From a candidate division WWE3 bacterium CG08_land_8_20_14_0_20_40_13 (GTDB taxonomy: Bacteria; Patescibacteriota; WWE3; 0-14-0-20-40-13): a DNA stretch of 64,000 bases. The stretch is from contig PEYT01000004.1 in NCBI GenBank assembly GCA_002774285.1, forward strand, positions 4,345 to 68,344. Direction: 5' to 3'. The notes under the pieces are model-generated. The model was given only the letters and a program-made list of their open reading frames with translations, ran no database searches and was not told the origin of the DNA. A program made the translations under genes and the position numbers. This document shows, piece after piece, positions 60,356 to 64,000 of the stretch. Numbering within the stretch: the first letter of the stretch is position 1; each line of letters begins with the position of its first letter.

Positions 60356-60364
60356 ATTAAACTT

Positions 60365-60601
60365 ATGGCAAGAAAATCATTTATTGGCAAAGTAATTTCA
60401 ACAAAAATGGCGAAAACGGCGGTAGTTTCTGTGGAAATACCAAAGAAGGATCCGGTTTACGGAAAGAAAATCAGAAATACCGCCAAATTTAAAGCCCATA
60501 ATGAAAATATTGCCAAAATGGGAGATATGGTTTTGATTGAAGAGTGTCGACCTATAAGCCGTGATAAAAGCTGGATTATTAAGGAAATTTTAAATAAGTA
60601 A
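60365..60601 (+). CDS. rpsQ: 30S ribosomal protein uS17
   Basis: [21 protein letters not shown]. Confidence 0.95.
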   Translation: MARKSFIGKVISTKMAKTAVVSVEIPKKDPVYGKKIRNTAKFKAHNENIAKMGDMVLIEECRPISRDKSWIIKEILNK

Positions 60602-60602
60602 T

Positions 60603-60971
60603 ATGGTGCAGGTAGGATCAAGATTAAAACTTGCGGATAATTGCGGAGCTAGGGAGCTTTTTCTAATAGGTATTCCCGGGGATTCGCGGCGCAGATTTGC
60701 CTTTATTGGCGATATGGTGACTTGCGTTGTAAAAGGAGCGGCAAGTGTTGGTGCGGTAAAAGATCATACGGTTGTTAAAGCGGTTATCGTACGATGCAAA
60801 AAGGAAACGGGTCGGAAAGATGGATCTTACATAAGATTTGATGATAATGCGGCCTGTGTGGTGGGAAAGGACAAGCTTCCCGTGGGAACGCGGGTTTTTG
60901 GTCCGGTGGCAAGAGAGCTTCGCGATGTGGGATATATGAAGATTATTTCGTTAGCCGAAGAAGTTTGGTAA
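60603..60971 (+). CDS. rplN: 50S ribosomal protein uL14
   Basis: [25 protein letters not shown]. Confidence 0.97.
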   Translation: MVQVGSRLKLADNCGARELFLIGIPGDSRRRFAFIGDMVTCVVKGAASVGAVKDHTVVKAVIVRCKKETGRKDGSYIRFDDNAACVVGKDKLPVGTRVFGPVARELRDVGYMKIISLAEEVW

Positions 60972-60975
60972 CAAA

Positions 60976-61065
60976 TTATAGATTCTAGCCACATAAAATG
61001 TGTCTAGAATATATAACGCATTATAGATTCTAGCCACATAAAATGTGTCTAGAATATATAACGCA
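60976..61065. repeat. Exact 45-bp tandem duplication of a hairpin
   Basis: TTATAGATTCTAGCCACATAAAATGTGTCTAGAATATATAACGCA x2. Confidence 0.92.
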
Positions 61066-61114
61066 TTTCGCCTTTGGCGAAATATAAATTTAGGATTTTT
61101 TCTTTAATCTTGTT

Positions 61115-61423
61115 ATGAAAATAAACAAAGGGGATAATGTAAAAATATTGTCAGGAAAAGAGAAGGGGAAAACCGCAGTGGTGGAAAAATCGTTTCCCCG
61201 TGAAGGTCTTATTGTGGTTAAGGGTGTTAATGTTGTTAAAAGGCACACAAAAGCGCAAGGCAAAGGAAAGCCCGGAGGAATAATTATTAAAGAAATGCCA
61301 ATTGCGGCATCCCGTGCCCTTTTGATTTGTCCTAGCTGTAACAAACCTTCAAGAATGGGTTTTAAAATAGTTTCTGGAAAGAAATACCGTCGTTGTACAA
61401 GATGCAACGAGGTTATTAAATAA
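61115..61423 (+). CDS. rplX: 50S ribosomal protein uL24
   Basis: KGD.V...SGKEKGK, GVN..KRH, CxxC...CxxC. Confidence 0.96.
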   Translation: MKINKGDNVKILSGKEKGKTAVVEKSFPREGLIVVKGVNVVKRHTKAQGKGKPGGIIIKEMPIAASRALLICPSCNKPSRMGFKIVSGKKYRRCTRCNEVIK

Positions 61424-61425
61424 AT

Positions 61426-61992
61426 ATGAATAGTCTTTTGGAAAGATATCACAAAGAAATAAGAGAAAAATTGCAAAAAGAAATGGGCGTCAAAAATATC
61501 TTGGCGGTTCCAGAGATTAAAAAAATTACAGTAAATATGGGTGTTGGGCGTTTTAAGGGCGAAAAGGCTTATCGTGAGCAGGCTATGATGGATTTAACTA
61601 ATATTACTGGGCAAAAACCCAATTGGCGTCAGAGTAAAAAAGCAATTTCAAGCTTTAAACTTCGCAAGGGTGAAGATGTTGGATTGGCGGCAACTTTAAG
61701 AGGGGCTAGGATGTGGGATTTTATGCAAAATCTTGTTATGGTCGTGCTTCCCAGAATTAGAGATTTCCGCGGTCTTTCTCCGGATTCCTTTGACGGGTCA
61801 GGTAATTATAGTATAGGGATTAGAGAACATACGGTATTTCCTACGGTAGATACTGGAGAGGTAGATAAGATAAAAAGTTTGCAGGTTACAATTTGCACAA
61901 CAGCAAAAGATGACAAGAAGGCCCACCTTCTGCTAAAATCCTTGGGCGTTCCCTTTAATAAAAGAAAAGAGGAGTTAAAAGAAAAAAAGTAA
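61426..61992 (+). CDS. rplE: 50S ribosomal protein uL5
   Basis: [25 protein letters not shown]. Confidence 0.97.
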   Translation: MNSLLERYHKEIREKLQKEMGVKNILAVPEIKKITVNMGVGRFKGEKAYREQAMMDLTNITGQKPNWRQSKKAISSFKLRKGEDVGLAATLRGARMWDFMQNLVMVVLPRIRDFRGLSPDSFDGSGNYSIGIREHTVFPTVDTGEVDKIKSLQVTICTTAKDDKKAHLLLKSLGVPFNKRKEELKEKK

Positions 61993-61993
61993 C

Positions 61994-62176
61994 ATGCCAA
62001 AAAAAGCGCTCATCTTAAAACAGAAAAAAACTCCAAAACATAATGTACAAAAGTACAACCGTTGCAAGCTCTGTGGACGGGACCGCGGGTATATTAGAAA
62101 GTATGGAATTTGCAGAATCTGTTTTAGGGAACTTGCATTAAACGGTAATTTGCCCGGGGTTACAAAAGTAGGTTAA
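61994..62176 (+). CDS. rpsN: 30S ribosomal protein uS14, zinc-binding type
   Basis: RCKLCGR, CRICFRE. Confidence 0.96.
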   Translation: MPKKALILKQKKTPKHNVQKYNRCKLCGRDRGYIRKYGICRICFRELALNGNLPGVTKVG

Positions 62177-62180
62177 AAAT

Positions 62181-62570
62181 ATGATATATAATTTCCTTTC
62201 ACAACTTAAAAATGCGGCACTGGCAAAAAATGGATATTTTGAAGCCCCCTTTTCTACATTCTCAGAAGGTGTTTGCAGGCTTCTTAAAAAAACCGGTTTT
62301 GTTAGCGATTACAAAGTGTTTAAAGAATCTGGCGAAACACGCAAAGGTTTAAGAGTGGATTTGTCTTATGATACCGAAGGAGTCTCCAAGGTGAAAGATA
62401 TAAAAATAATGTCAAGACCGGGTTTAAGAGTTTACTCTAAGGCTAAAAGGATATTTCCCGTTAAGGGAGGGCGGGGGATAGCGATAATATCTACCTCGCA
62501 AGGAATCATGGAGGGCCGCGATGCTAAAAAGAAATCATTAGGTGGTGAGGTTATTGCTTTTGTTTACTAA
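62181..62570 (+). CDS. rpsH: 30S ribosomal protein uS8
   Basis: SRPGLRVY, ISTSQGIM, GGEV. Confidence 0.96.
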   Translation: MIYNFLSQLKNAALAKNGYFEAPFSTFSEGVCRLLKKTGFVSDYKVFKESGETRKGLRVDLSYDTEGVSKVKDIKIMSRPGLRVYSKAKRIFPVKGGRGIAIISTSQGIMEGRDAKKKSLGGEVIAFVY

Positions 62571-62578
62571 TCTAATAT

Positions 62579-63130
62579 ATGAGTAAGATTGGAAAGGTTC
62601 CTATTATAATTCCAGAAGGTGTCCAAGTTGAAATTTTTGATGGCGTTGTAACCGCCCATGGTCCGTTAGGACAAGAATCGCGAAAGACTACTGATGAGGT
62701 TGTTGTAACTGTTAAGGAGGATAAGGTTTTCGTGTCCTTAAAAGAGGGAAGCGTAAATAACGCCTTTTGGGGGTTAGAAAGAGCGCTTATTTCTAACATT
62801 GTTATGGGGGTAAAAGAGGGATTTACCAAAAAATTGGAGATGGTTGGAGTGGGGTTTAGGACAAGGGTGGAAGGAAATACTCTGGTTCTTTTGGCGGGGT
62901 ACTCCCATCCCGTAAAGATGGTGATTCCGGATGGTTTAAAGGTTACCGTAACAGACGATACAAAAATACAAGTTACTGGAACAGATAGACAAAAGGTTGG
63001 GCAATTTTCGGCGCTTGTCCGCAAGGTTCGTAAACCTGAGCCTTATAAGGGCAAAGGCATTAAATATTCAGGAGAAGTTGTAAGAAGAAAAGCAGGAAAA
63101 GCCGGAAAGGCTGGCGCTTCGGCTAAGTAA
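62579..63130 (+). CDS. rplF: 50S ribosomal protein uL6
   Basis: MSKIGK.P, GYSHP, PEPYKGKGI. Confidence 0.97.
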   Translation: MSKIGKVPIIIPEGVQVEIFDGVVTAHGPLGQESRKTTDEVVVTVKEDKVFVSLKEGSVNNAFWGLERALISNIVMGVKEGFTKKLEMVGVGFRTRVEGNTLVLLAGYSHPVKMVIPDGLKVTVTDDTKIQVTGTDRQKVGQFSALVRKVRKPEPYKGKGIKYSGEVVRRKAGKAGKAGASAK

Positions 63131-63141
63131 ATCCTTAAAAT

Positions 63142-63489
63142 ATGAAAGTAAAACAAAGATCACAAAAGGATAAACTAAAAACAAAAATCAGAAGCCGTAT
63201 TTCTGGTACCTCCGATGTCCCTAGAATATCGGTCTTTAGATCTAATAGATATGTGCTAATTCAAGCTATTGACGATCAAAAAGGGGTCACCATAGCTTCG
63301 GTTAACGATAGAAAAGGGGTTGAAGCAAAGGGAAAAACAGGAAAAGCGCAACTGGCTGGAAAAATGGTTGCGGAGGAACTTATTAAAAAAGGAGTAAAAA
63401 GGGCGGTTTTTGACCGTAACGGTTTTAAGTACCATGGGAGAGTAAAAGCCGTAGCCGAAGGGGCAAGAAGCGCTGGATTACAAATTTAG
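63142..63489 (+). CDS. rplR: 50S ribosomal protein uL18
   Basis: PR.SVFRSN, FDRNGFKYHGRV. Confidence 0.97.
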   Translation: MKVKQRSQKDKLKTKIRSRISGTSDVPRISVFRSNRYVLIQAIDDQKGVTIASVNDRKGVEAKGKTGKAQLAGKMVAEELIKKGVKRAVFDRNGFKYHGRVKAVAEGARSAGLQI

Positions 63490-63504
63490 GTTTAAATTTT
63501 AGAT

Positions 63505-63954
63505 ATGCGAGATTTTGGACAAAAAAACGATTCTTTTGAAGAAAAGATAATTGATATAAAGAGAGTTTCCAAAAAAACTAAAGGGGGAAACAAGATTGCT
63601 TTTGCAGTTTTGACTGTTGTGGGAAATAGAAATGGAAAAATTGGTATTGCCGTTGGTAAGGCTGGGGATACTGCATCGGCTATTGCTAAATCCACAAGCA
63701 GAGCCAGAAAAAAAATGTTTCAAATCCCTTTTAAAGGATTGACGATTCCCTACGAGGTAACAAAAAAATTTGGCGCCTCTGTGGTTTTATTAAAACCTGT
63801 TCCAAAAGGAGCGGGAATTATTGCTGGAGGATCGGTACGGAAGGTAATTTATGTTTCTGGAATAAAAGATATCTCCGCTAAAATTTTAGGATCAAATAAT
63901 AAAATTAATAATGTTTATGCAACGGTTAAAGCATTAAAAAGTTTAAGCGATTAA
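63505..63954 (+). CDS. rpsE: 30S ribosomal protein uS5
   Basis: RVSKKTKGG, VVGN, G.GIIAGG. Confidence 0.96.
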   Translation: MRDFGQKNDSFEEKIIDIKRVSKKTKGGNKIAFAVLTVVGNRNGKIGIAVGKAGDTASAIAKSTSRARKKMFQIPFKGLTIPYEVTKKFGASVVLLKPVPKGAGIIAGGSVRKVIYVSGIKDISAKILGSNNKINNVYATVKALKSLSD

Positions 63955-63957
63955 AAA

Positions 63958-64000
63958 ATGGATCTTTCTAGCCTTAAAAAAATTAAAAGAAGAAGCGCCA
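63958..64000 (+). CDS. rplO: Probable 50S ribosomal protein uL15, 5' fragment
   Basis: MDLSSLKKIKRRSA begins 3 nt after rpsE; position and M.L..L pattern. Confidence 0.65.
   Translation, partial: MDLSSLKKIKRRSA

Noticed and set aside
60976-61065. CRISPR array
   Set aside because: Two abutting copies with no spacer and no cas genes; no repeat-spacer pattern seen anywhere in the window

Overview
AT-rich bacterial chromosome segment using genetic code 11. It has Patescibacteria/CPR hallmarks: no rpmD between rpsE and rplO, a stand-alone 16S rRNA gene, and a strongly reduced and divergent 16S. A WWE3/Microgenomates-like lineage is my inference, not a database result. The left half carries envelope, redox, repair and transport genes (lemA-htpX, D-2-hydroxyacid dehydrogenase, nth, lgt-like, GldA/GldFG-type ABC, DsbA, comM, secDF, tlyA, recJ, mnmA), RNase P RNA, tRNA-Leu(CAG) and 16S rRNA. 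The right half carries a LacD-type aldolase, pgk, mltG, rpoBC, rpsL-rpsG, a ~5.8 kb accessory island (AbiE and RelE-type toxin-antitoxin pairs), fusA-tuf and the S10/spc ribosomal protein cluster. Most notable observations: (1) a family of short GGG-N5-CCC palindromic elements, several inserted in-frame in housekeeping genes; (2) a Ppx/GppA-like + nucleoside-deoxyribosyltransferase-like fusion gene that abuts a truncated mpg; (3) a 40-bp direct repeat, itself encoding an 'LSTFKF' C-terminus, bracketing the AbiE module; (4) an EF-G with NKxN instead of NKxD and an altered G5 motif; (5) a 13-aa Lys-rich micropeptide with a perfect SD and its own terminator; (6) pervasive leaderless-type promoters; (7) several homopolymer frameshifts. 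Product names come from motif recognition only; no searches were run.
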